DNA of 12,795 nucleotides from Candidatus Acetothermia bacterium (GTDB lineage Bacteria > Bipolaricaulota > Bipolaricaulia > M55B111). Below, piece after piece: positions 1-7,463 of the stretch (positions are counted from its first letter, which is position 1; every line of letters begins with the position of its first letter). The notes beneath the pieces are model-generated. The model was given only the letters and a program-made list of their open reading frames with translations. It did no database searches and was not told where the DNA came from. The stretch covers positions 1-12,795 of the forward strand of contig JBKGZT010000037.1 in assembly GCA_046543235.1 (NCBI GenBank). The letters are read 5' to 3'. The translations under genes were made by a program, and so were the position numbers.

Positions 1-12
1 TCCCACTTTTAT

Positions 13-40
13 TTGCAATCCTTTGGACCCTGGTTATACT
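13..40 (+). promoter_or_regulatory. Putative sigma70-type promoter of the maltodextrin operon
   Basis: TTGCAA (13-18) and TATACT (35-40) are separated by 16 bp and lie directly upstream of the first gene. Confidence 0.65.
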
Positions 41-66
41 TACTTTAGTAAATTAATAAAGTAAGT
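38..66. promoter_or_regulatory. Palindromic operator, probably bound by the adjacent ROK repressor
   Basis: ACTTACTTTA (38-47) and TAAAGTAAGT (57-66) are perfect inverted repeats. The 9-bp centre GTAAATTAA is also symmetric apart from one pair. The site overlaps the -10 box and the predicted +1, and resembles the AT-rich operators of XylR-type ROK repressors. Confidence 0.8.
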
Positions 67-76
67 CAGGGTGACC

Positions 77-1306
77 ATGAAAAACTTACCGAGCAGGGAC
101 GGACCCAGCAGCATAAGCCGTAACCTAATGCATGATCTTAATACCCGCGCAGTAACCTCCTTGCTCTACAATAACGGGGCGCAATCTAGGACGGAGATAG
201 CCAGCAACACCAATTTAACCCGCCCCACCATTTCAAATATAACGTCCAAGCTCCTATCGGCAGGCTTAATTGAAGAAGTAGGTGTAGGGGAATCCACCGG
301 CGGCAGAAAACCTACTCTCCTGGACATAAACGAGGAATTCGGCTACGTAATGGCCGTTAAAATAGAAGCGCGCAAAGTCATAACCGGGCTTTACGACTTG
401 AAAACGAACAAGGTAACCGGAAAGATAACCGACCATCCGGCCAACCCGGCACCCGAGCTGGTTTTAAGACATGTCAGAAAGGATTACGAAGACTACGCGG
501 ACCGCGAGGGGGTCGTCGGGCTGGGTATCGGGGTTTCGGGGCTAATTTCCGACTCGGGGGAAATAATCTACAGCCCGATTCTGGACTGGAAGAGGGTTCC
601 AATCGCCGAAAAGCTGGAAAGTCAGCTCTCCCTGCCGGCAACCGTGGATAACGACGTCAACTCGTTGACCCTGGCAGAAAGTTGGGTGGGAGCTGGCAAG
701 GAATTCAGCGAGCTACTCTGTGTAACTGTAGGAGAGGGAATCGGTGCCGGCTTGATGGTAAACGATAGGCTTTACCGCGGCTCCGTCGGTGGAGCCGGGG
801 AAATAGGCCATATAACACTTGACAGACAGGGGCCTCGGTGTCGCTGTGGCGAGGAAGGATGCCTGGAAGCACTTGCTTCGGATTATTTTCTGCAAAACGA
901 GATGCAAAGGAGGGGGCTAGTTCCTTCCACTGTCGAAAACCTGGCGAGCCTCGCCTCCAGGGGGCAAGCCGAGGGTCTGGAGATATTCCGAGAGATGGGG
1001 CACAACTTAGGCCTGGGAATCAAGAACTTGGTGAATACGCTCAACCCGGAGGCCGTTGTCCTCGGAGGAGAGAGAATGGAGCAGTCGGAATTCTTCCTCC
1101 AGGAAGCGAAAGGGGAGATCCTCAACCACTCTTTCCCCCGGGAAGCGAAGGACCTGGAAATCGTCCGTGCTTCACTCGGCAAGGAAGGATGGTTGATCGG
1201 GGCGGCCCTCCTGTCCATCAGAAACTTCCTGGGGCTACCACTTCACCGGAGGGCGTTCAAATCAAACCGGGAGTCCAGAGGTGTCCTGCAAACGGGAACC
1301 CAATAA
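77..1306 (+). CDS. ROK-family (XylR/NagC/Mlc-like) transcriptional repressor
   Basis: N-terminal winged HTH (SRTEIASNTNLTRPTISNITSKLL...GGRKP), ROK motifs DNDVN, GEGIGAG and GEIGH, and the zinc site CRCGEEGCLE. ATG 77 is preferred over GTG 71 because the SD-like AGGGTGA lies at 68-74, but the start is uncertain. Confidence 0.93.
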   Translation: MKNLPSRDGPSSISRNLMHDLNTRAVTSLLYNNGAQSRTEIASNTNLTRPTISNITSKLLSAGLIEEVGVGESTGGRKPTLLDINEEFGYVMAVKIEARKVITGLYDLKTNKVTGKITDHPANPAPELVLRHVRKDYEDYADREGVVGLGIGVSGLISDSGEIIYSPILDWKRVPIAEKLESQLSLPATVDNDVNSLTLAESWVGAGKEFSELLCVTVGEGIGAGLMVNDRLYRGSVGGAGEIGHITLDRQGPRCRCGEEGCLEALASDYFLQNEMQRRGLVPSTVENLASLASRGQAEGLEIFREMGHNLGLGIKNLVNTLNPEAVVLGGERMEQSEFFLQEAKGEILNHSFPREAKDLEIVRASLGKEGWLIGAALLSIRNFLGLPLHRRAFKSNRESRGVLQTGTQ

Positions 1307-1319
1307 AAGGGGTGAAAAT

Positions 1320-3647
1320 ATGTTAGGAAGTCGACAGGTGAATCAATGGTTTTTGCTGATTGGTTTATTGATTATAACATTAGCTATCACCGGGGTGAAT
1401 GATCCCGTGAATGCAGAGGAAGTCCGCTTTACCTACAAGCCGCTACCCGGGGAGGAAATTGATTCGCTATACCTACGCGGCTCCTTCAACGGATGGGGCA
1501 AGGATGAGATGTCAGAAAGGGCGGACGGAAACTGGTCAACCACGTTAGACCTACAGCCGGGACGGTATCAGTACAAGTTCTTTTCCCAGGACTTCGCCTG
1601 GGCATCCGACGGTTGGCCCGGGGACATGGAAACCGCACGGGAAGGAGAACCGGTCGACCCGGACGCGGATGATTACGCCGACGACGGATTTGGTGGACAA
1701 AACGCAGTCATGGTAGTAGGGGGTGGTGAAGTGGACGCCGACGTCGGGGACGGAAAGATAGATCGAGAGGGCCTCCGGTTCGAACAGGACGAACTGCGTT
1801 TCTTCAACCTCGTTCCCGGCGGAAAACTAGTTGTCACGTTCGCGGCCACGGAAACCGACGTCGAAGAAGTCGTATTCCACTACGGCGAGGAGGACGTGAC
1901 GCTGGAGAGGTTCGCCACCATGGACGGGAAGGATTTCTTCCGGGGCAAGGTTAGCCCACCCGAAGATGAATTCGAATATAACTTCCTGGTAAAAGACGGA
2001 GAAGAGTCGGTCTGGTACAACCCCGCCGGGGAGGTAAGCGGGTCCGAAAAGGACCCCGGGATCTTTCGGCCTCGGGACAAAAAGGTTTTCCAAACCCCCG
2101 ATTGGGTAAGGGATGCGACGTTCTATCAGATCTTCCCGGATAGGTTTTATAATGCGGTTGAGGACAACGATCCGGAGAAGATCGAACTATACAGGAAACC
2201 CGGCAAACGCTACGACGCATTCATTCCCGACTGGGACCAGGGAGTACCGGAAGGATCGCCGCCGGTCCTCAGGGATCCCTCCGAGCTGACTGACCGCTCC
2301 AACGAGGTAAAACCGGAGGGCGGATACTACGTCTTTTATGGCGGAGACCTGCAGGGGATCGAGGAGAAGATACCTTACCTGAAAGAACTGGGTATAAACG
2401 CCATCTACTTCAACCCTCTTTTCGAATCCAACTCCAACCATCGGTACAGCACCGCCGACTATAGATACATCGACGGGAACCTGGCCTACAAGGACGATCC
2501 CGAAAAATCCAACGAATACGCATTTAAGCTCATTGAAAAGCTGCACGATCACGGGATCAGGGTCATCTTCGACGCAGTATTTAACCATTCCGGTTACGAG
2601 CACTGGGCTTTTCAGGACGTGGTTGAGAATGAAGAGGAGTCCGAGTATAAAGATTGGTTCTTTATCGATAGCTTTCCGATCATCCCGCTGGCAGAACAAA
2701 GTGAGAGCACCGAGCCGAATTACGGAGCCTGGTGGGGGTACGGATCCCTGCCGGAACTGGACACGGAAAATCCCGAGGTGCGCCAGCACCTTTTCGAGAT
2801 AACGGAAAAATGGATGGATCCAGATGTCGGGGAAGGGGTGGACGGCTGGCGCCTGGACGTACCCAACGAGATCGCCAACCGGGATCCTGATTTCTGGCGG
2901 GAGTGGCGGGAACACGTTAAATCCATCGACGAGGACGCGTACATAGTGGGAGAAATATGGGAAGATGCCTCTTCCTACCTGAACGGAAATCAGTTCGACG
3001 CCGTAATGAACTATCGATTCCGAGACGCCGTAATGGACTTCATCGCCAGCGGCGAAATTACTAGCCAGGAGTTTGCCGAAGAGATGACCCGGTTAAAGCT
3101 GGATTATCCCTCTCAGAGTTTTAATTCACTGCTAAATCTAGTCGACAGCCATGACACGAAGCGTTTCTTGACGGCAGCAGGGGGGGACAAAGAAAGACTC
3201 AAACTCGCTGCGCTGCTTCAATTTACACTGCCGGGCGCCCCGATGGTATATTACGGGGACGAGCGAGGTATGAGAGGTGGCGAAGATCCGGACTGCAGGA
3301 GGACGATGCTATGGAAGGACCGAGGCTACAAGGAACCCGATAAAAACTTGCAGGGATACTACGAGACACTAATCGACTTGAGAGACGAAAGGATTGCTTT
3401 ACGTCGCGGGGATTTCACCCAGCTAGACTTTAAACCCGAAATGGTCTACGGTTTCGAGAGAAAGACCGACGAGGAAGAGATCCTCGTGATCCTAAATGCG
3501 GGTAAAGATCCCACAAAAGTTGTAATACCCATCGAATCCGACCACAACGAACCTTTTGATCTTTTGAACAACCGTAAATTAAAAGCAAACGAGGAAAGCC
3601 TGGAGCTAGAACTCGATTCTCTCCAGGGGGCTATTATAACTTTTTGA
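1320..3647 (+). CDS. Secreted GH13 alpha-amylase-family enzyme (neopullulanase/cyclomaltodextrinase/amylopullulanase-like) with an N-terminal CBM48-like domain
   Basis: Hydrophobic signal peptide ending VNA|EE. CBM48/AMPK-like segment YLRGSFNGW...LQPGRYQYKF. Catalytic motifs PDWVRDATFYQIFPDRF, GGDLQG, DAVFNH, DGWRLDVPNE, GEIW, DSHD, YYGDE and DPDCRR. ATG 1320 follows SD GGGGTGA (GTG 1338 is an alternative start). Confidence 0.92.
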   Translation: MLGSRQVNQWFLLIGLLIITLAITGVNDPVNAEEVRFTYKPLPGEEIDSLYLRGSFNGWGKDEMSERADGNWSTTLDLQPGRYQYKFFSQDFAWASDGWPGDMETAREGEPVDPDADDYADDGFGGQNAVMVVGGGEVDADVGDGKIDREGLRFEQDELRFFNLVPGGKLVVTFAATETDVEEVVFHYGEEDVTLERFATMDGKDFFRGKVSPPEDEFEYNFLVKDGEESVWYNPAGEVSGSEKDPGIFRPRDKKVFQTPDWVRDATFYQIFPDRFYNAVEDNDPEKIELYRKPGKRYDAFIPDWDQGVPEGSPPVLRDPSELTDRSNEVKPEGGYYVFYGGDLQGIEEKIPYLKELGINAIYFNPLFESNSNHRYSTADYRYIDGNLAYKDDPEKSNEYAFKLIEKLHDHGIRVIFDAVFNHSGYEHWAFQDVVENEEESEYKDWFFIDSFPIIPLAEQSESTEPNYGAWWGYGSLPELDTENPEVRQHLFEITEKWMDPDVGEGVDGWRLDVPNEIANRDPDFWREWREHVKSIDEDAYIVGEIWEDASSYLNGNQFDAVMNYRFRDAVMDFIASGEITSQEFAEEMTRLKLDYPSQSFNSLLNLVDSHDTKRFLTAAGGDKERLKLAALLQFTLPGAPMVYYGDERGMRGGEDPDCRRTMLWKDRGYKEPDKNLQGYYETLIDLRDERIALRRGDFTQLDFKPEMVYGFERKTDEEEILVILNAGKDPTKVVIPIESDHNEPFDLLNNRKLKANEESLELELDSLQGAIITF

Positions 3648-3736
3648 AGCGTGAGGAGGTGGTTAACCGGCCACTGACGTTTCGGCCATGGTCTTAAAGC
3701 CTTTTAACAGAAATCCAAAACGGGAGTGATCTTCAG

Positions 3737-4927
3737 ATGAAAAAGCTAGTAGCTTTAACTCTAGCAATTGTTTTACTAGGAGTTGGCTTTTCGGCGCTCG
3801 GTTCGACCAGCGGCGAGCTAAGAATATGGGGAGATGAACGCATCACGGCTCTGGAACCTCTGGCTGAGGACTTCGAAGAGGATTACGGCGTGGAAGTGGA
3901 ACTGGTCGAGGTTCCTTTCGGGGACATTCGGACGAAAATGGAAAACGCCGGACCCTCCGGGGAAGGACCGGACATACTGATTGGCGCACATGACTGGACA
4001 GGAGAACTTGCCAAGAACGGCCTCATAGACCCGCTCCTGTACATGGAAGACCAGCAGGACGACTTCGTCGATGTATCCGTAGAGGGATTCACTTACAGCG
4101 ACAAAATCTACGGGTTGCCTTACGCATTTGAGGCAATCGCCCTCATTTACAACACGGAGATGGTACCGGAAGCTCCGGAAACCTGGGAAGAAGTAGTTGA
4201 AATTTCCAAGGAACGCAGGGAAAGCGAAGAGGAAAACTACGGCTTTGTCTATCCAGGGACAGGTGACCCCTACCACACGTATCCGTTCATTAGCGCCTAC
4301 GGCGGTTACATATTTGCCTATGACGGCGGATTTGACCCGGACGACATCGGTTTGGATACGGAAGGCGCCATCAAGGGACTGGAGAAACTCGACGAGATGT
4401 ACAAAGAGGGCTACCTGCCCGAAGGCATAGATTACGGAACCGCCGCCAGCTGGTTCAACGATGGCAAGGCCGCGATGTTCATGACCGGCCCCTGGGAGAT
4501 ACCCGCGATCAGAGAAGCCGGGATTGACTTCGAAGTAGCACCGCTGCCGGCAATGGATGGTAACCAAATGAAGCCTTTCGTCGGAGCACAGGGCTTCATG
4601 CTGAGTGCCTTCAGCGAGAACAAGGTACTGGCCAACGAGTTCCTCAAGAGCTACATAGCCACCGACGAAGCGATGACCTTGATTTACGAGGAAAACGAAA
4701 GACCTCCGGCATACATACCCACCCTGGATAAGGTCGAGGAGGAACCGGTGGTCTCGGCCTTTTCCGAAAGTGCTCGGGTCGGAGTGCCGATGCCCAACAT
4801 ACCGGAAATGGGCGCGGTCTGGGAAAATCTAGGAAACCAGCTCCAGTTGATTTCGCAACAAAAACAGGAACCGAAAGCGGCAATGGAAGACACGGTCGAG
4901 ATAATAAAACAATCGATAGACGAATAA
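3737..4927 (+). CDS. malE: Maltose/maltodextrin ABC transporter substrate-binding protein
   Basis: Signal peptide MKKLVALTLAIVLLGVGFSALG without a lipobox Cys. MalE-like motifs GPDILIGAHDW, YGLPYAFEAIALIYN, GKAAMFMTGPW, KPFVG and MPNIPEMGAVW. SD GGGAGTGA at 3722-3729. Confidence 0.9.
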   Translation: MKKLVALTLAIVLLGVGFSALGSTSGELRIWGDERITALEPLAEDFEEDYGVEVELVEVPFGDIRTKMENAGPSGEGPDILIGAHDWTGELAKNGLIDPLLYMEDQQDDFVDVSVEGFTYSDKIYGLPYAFEAIALIYNTEMVPEAPETWEEVVEISKERRESEEENYGFVYPGTGDPYHTYPFISAYGGYIFAYDGGFDPDDIGLDTEGAIKGLEKLDEMYKEGYLPEGIDYGTAASWFNDGKAAMFMTGPWEIPAIREAGIDFEVAPLPAMDGNQMKPFVGAQGFMLSAFSENKVLANEFLKSYIATDEAMTLIYEENERPPAYIPTLDKVEEEPVVSAFSESARVGVPMPNIPEMGAVWENLGNQLQLISQQKQEPKAAMEDTVEIIKQSIDE

Positions 4928-4938
4928 CAGGAGTGACC

Positions 4939-4971
4939 GGGCCCCGTCGATAAAGCGGGGCCCTATTTATT
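4939..4971 (+). terminator. GC-rich hairpin after malE (mRNA stabiliser or leaky intrinsic terminator)
   Basis: Perfect 8-bp stem GGGCCCCG (4939-4946) / CGGGGCCC (4956-4963) with a 9-nt loop, followed by TATTTATT. Confidence 0.7.
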
Positions 4972-6540
4972 ATGAAAAACTATCTAAAAAGTACGCTTCT
5001 CGGGACCAGCCTGAAAATCCTGGTGTTCGGATTACTCGATGCCCTGGTGGTCTGGGCGGCCAGCTTTCTCTACCTCAACGAAGGAACGTGGCTTGCTCTT
5101 GCTTTAGTAGTTGCCACGGGCTTGATAAACTGGATATTCCTATCGAAAAGAACTTATCCTTTGAGGTACCTGGTTCCAGGGCTGATATTCCTTTTTGCTT
5201 TCGTAGTTTACCCGATAGGTTATACCGTCTACCTTTCTTTCACAAATTACGGCACAGGGCACCTCCTTTCGAAATCACAGGCGATTGACAACCTGGAGGA
5301 CCAATATTACCAACCGGAAAATCCCAAAGGTTTCGACTTTGACGCTTACCACAACCCTGACGGGGAGCTGAAAGTTATCCTCCGTTCAAGTTCCGGCGAA
5401 GAGACTTACCTCACAGGGGGGAAGGAGCTGGAGCCGATAGATCCGGAGAGTGACCGTTTCGTCGATTCCGACGGGGATGGTACGATAGAGGAGTTTGACG
5501 ATTACGAACTGCTCCCTCGTAGCGAACTGATAGGCTCCCTTTCCGAACTCCAGAACTGGCGACCGGAGCGTGAAGAACTGGCAGTACGAATTACCGGAAT
5601 GAACCAATTCACCCAGTTGAATCAGCAGTACGTTTATCAGCCAGAAAAGGATAGAATGGTCGACCAGAAAACCGGAGAAGTATACGTTCCCGAGAACGGT
5701 GCCTTCGTCTCGCCTGAGTCGGGCAAGGAACTCGAACCGGGCTTCCAGATACACGTGGGCTTTGCGAACTTCCGGCGCGTCTTTACCGACCCACTGATAA
5801 CCGGGCCTTTTTTCCGGGTATTCACCTGGACCTTCGTCTGGGCTTTCTTGAGCGTACTTACCACTTTTCTCCTGGGCCTCGGTGCGGCATTGTTGTTAAA
5901 CGACGACGACCTCAGGTTTCAGCCGCTTTACAAGGCCGCGCTAATTATGCCATATGCGATACCGGCTTTCATCTCCGCCCTGATGTGGCGCGGTTTCTTC
6001 AACACCAACGCGGGAGTTGTGAACGCGAAGATATTCGAGCCCCTATTTAACGTGGCGGTACCCTGGTTCCAGAGCCCGATGCTGGCCAAAGTAGCCGTCC
6101 TAATCGTCAACCTCTGGCTCGGGTTTCCCTACATGATGGTGATTACCCTCGGGGCTCTCCAGAGCATCCAGCCCGCGTACTACGAGGTGGCCAAAGTGGA
6201 CGGCGCCAACCCCTGGCAGCAGTTTAAAAACATAACCCTGCCGCTCCTAATGATCTCTATCGCCCCGCTCTTAATTGGTTCATTTGCTTTTAACTTCAAC
6301 AACTTCAACGTCATATTTCTCGTCACGGAAGGAGACCCACCGATTGTAGGCGCCACGACGGCCGGCTCAACCGACATACTCATCTCCTACACCTACAAGA
6401 TGGCTTTTCAGGGTGAGGGCTCAAGCTACTATGGACTTGCGGCTGCCGTTTCGATAATTATATTCCTGATCATTGGGGCTATATCCGCATTTAATTTCCG
6501 TTACACGAACGTGCTTGAGGAGATGAGCGAAAATGTCTAG
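4972..6540 (+). CDS. malF: Maltose/maltodextrin ABC transporter permease with a large extracytoplasmic (P2-type) loop
   Basis: Three N-terminal TM helices (YPLRYLVPGL...YPIGYTVYLSFTNYG), a hydrophilic loop of roughly 170 aa, then VNLWLGFPYMM, the EAA loop YEVAKVDGANPWQQFKNITLPLL, FNFNNF and TDILISYTYK. Confidence 0.92.
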   Translation: MKNYLKSTLLGTSLKILVFGLLDALVVWAASFLYLNEGTWLALALVVATGLINWIFLSKRTYPLRYLVPGLIFLFAFVVYPIGYTVYLSFTNYGTGHLLSKSQAIDNLEDQYYQPENPKGFDFDAYHNPDGELKVILRSSSGEETYLTGGKELEPIDPESDRFVDSDGDGTIEEFDDYELLPRSELIGSLSELQNWRPEREELAVRITGMNQFTQLNQQYVYQPEKDRMVDQKTGEVYVPENGAFVSPESGKELEPGFQIHVGFANFRRVFTDPLITGPFFRVFTWTFVWAFLSVLTTFLLGLGAALLLNDDDLRFQPLYKAALIMPYAIPAFISALMWRGFFNTNAGVVNAKIFEPLFNVAVPWFQSPMLAKVAVLIVNLWLGFPYMMVITLGALQSIQPAYYEVAKVDGANPWQQFKNITLPLLMISIAPLLIGSFAFNFNNFNVIFLVTEGDPPIVGATTAGSTDILISYTYKMAFQGEGSSYYGLAAAVSIIIFLIIGAISAFNFRYTNVLEEMSENV

Positions 6541-7426
6541 AACCAGAGAATGGATGGAACGTTTCGTCAGCTGGTTTCTCGATATCGGGTTCAAACATCT
6601 GTTAATGCTGGTCCTCGTGGCCTTTGCCCTATTTCCGATCATCTGGATTATATCCGCCTCGATTAACCCCGTCGGATCGTTGGCCGGACAGCAGTTGATT
6701 CCCGAAAACGCCAATCTGGAGAACTACCGTATTTTCTTCACCAACGGCGGCGACGAATACAATGCCCCGTTTTTGCTCTGGCTCTGGAACAGCCTGAAGC
6801 TAGCAGTTCTAACCGGGGTGTTTGGGACCTTCATGTGTGCTCTCGGAGCATACGCCTTCTCCCGTTTCAGGTTTACCGGACGGAGAACCGGGTTGCTCGG
6901 GTTACTATTGATTCAGATGTTCCCCCAGATGCTGGCCATGGTTGCCATTTACGCCCTCCTTCTAAACTTAGGGTCATTTATTCCCTGGGCCGGGCTAAAC
7001 ACTCATCTGGGACTGCTGATGGTTTATCTGGGTGGAGCGCTGGGCTTCAACACCTGGCTTATGAAGGGGTACTTCGATTCCATCCCCCACTCGCTGGAAG
7101 AGTCGGCGCAGGTCGACGGGGCTTCACACTTCCAGGCATTTGTCCGGATAATTTTGCCCCTGGCACGACCGATTCTTACCGTTATCTTTATTTTGACAGT
7201 AATATCCGTCTACTCCGATTTCATCCTGGCCAGCATACTGCTGCAGGATTCGTCCAAATACACGCTCGCAGTCGGACTGAAGTTATTCATCTTCAACAAC
7301 TACGACGCCCGCTGGGGGATCTTTGCGGCCGCAGCCATAATCGGTGCCATCCCTATAGTGGTGATCTTCCTGGCCCTTCAGGATCAACTTATCAGCGGGT
7401 TAACCCAGGGTTCCGTGAAGGGTTAA
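6533..7426 (+). CDS. malG: Maltose/maltodextrin ABC transporter permease
   Basis: Motifs WLWNSLK, AYAFSRFRF, IQMFP and WLMKGYFDSIP, plus the EAA loop LEESAQVDGASHFQAFVRIILPLARP. C-terminus SGLTQGSVKG. Overlaps malF by 8 bp, with SD GAGGAG upstream. Confidence 0.93.
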   Translation: MSRTREWMERFVSWFLDIGFKHLLMLVLVAFALFPIIWIISASINPVGSLAGQQLIPENANLENYRIFFTNGGDEYNAPFLLWLWNSLKLAVLTGVFGTFMCALGAYAFSRFRFTGRRTGLLGLLLIQMFPQMLAMVAIYALLLNLGSFIPWAGLNTHLGLLMVYLGGALGFNTWLMKGYFDSIPHSLEESAQVDGASHFQAFVRIILPLARPILTVIFILTVISVYSDFILASILLQDSSKYTLAVGLKLFIFNNYDARWGIFAAAAIIGAIPIVVIFLALQDQLISGLTQGSVKG

Positions 7427-7463
7427 AAGAAAGATCAATAAAGCATCAAAAGGAGAGATAAGC

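Noticed and set aside
1281-1319. ORF-track start of the secreted GH13 at GTG 1281
   Set aside because: It overlaps the ROK gene and over-extends the signal peptide. ATG 1320 has an SD.
3688-3729. 13-codon ORF MVLKPFNRNPKRE before malE as a leader peptide
   Set aside because: The only strong SD is about 26 nt upstream, too far away, and there is no attenuator structure or informative codon run.
2187-4567. Long antisense ORFs 2187-2915 and 3818-4567, and other minus-strand ORFs
   Set aside because: These are shadow ORFs produced by the codon bias of the sense genes and have no protein-like motifs.
6835-7461. 208-aa alternative-frame ORF over malG (similarly 838-1326 over the ROK gene)
   Set aside because: No recognisable motifs and an Arg/Pro/Gly-rich off-frame composition. 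Both lie almost wholly within well-supported genes.
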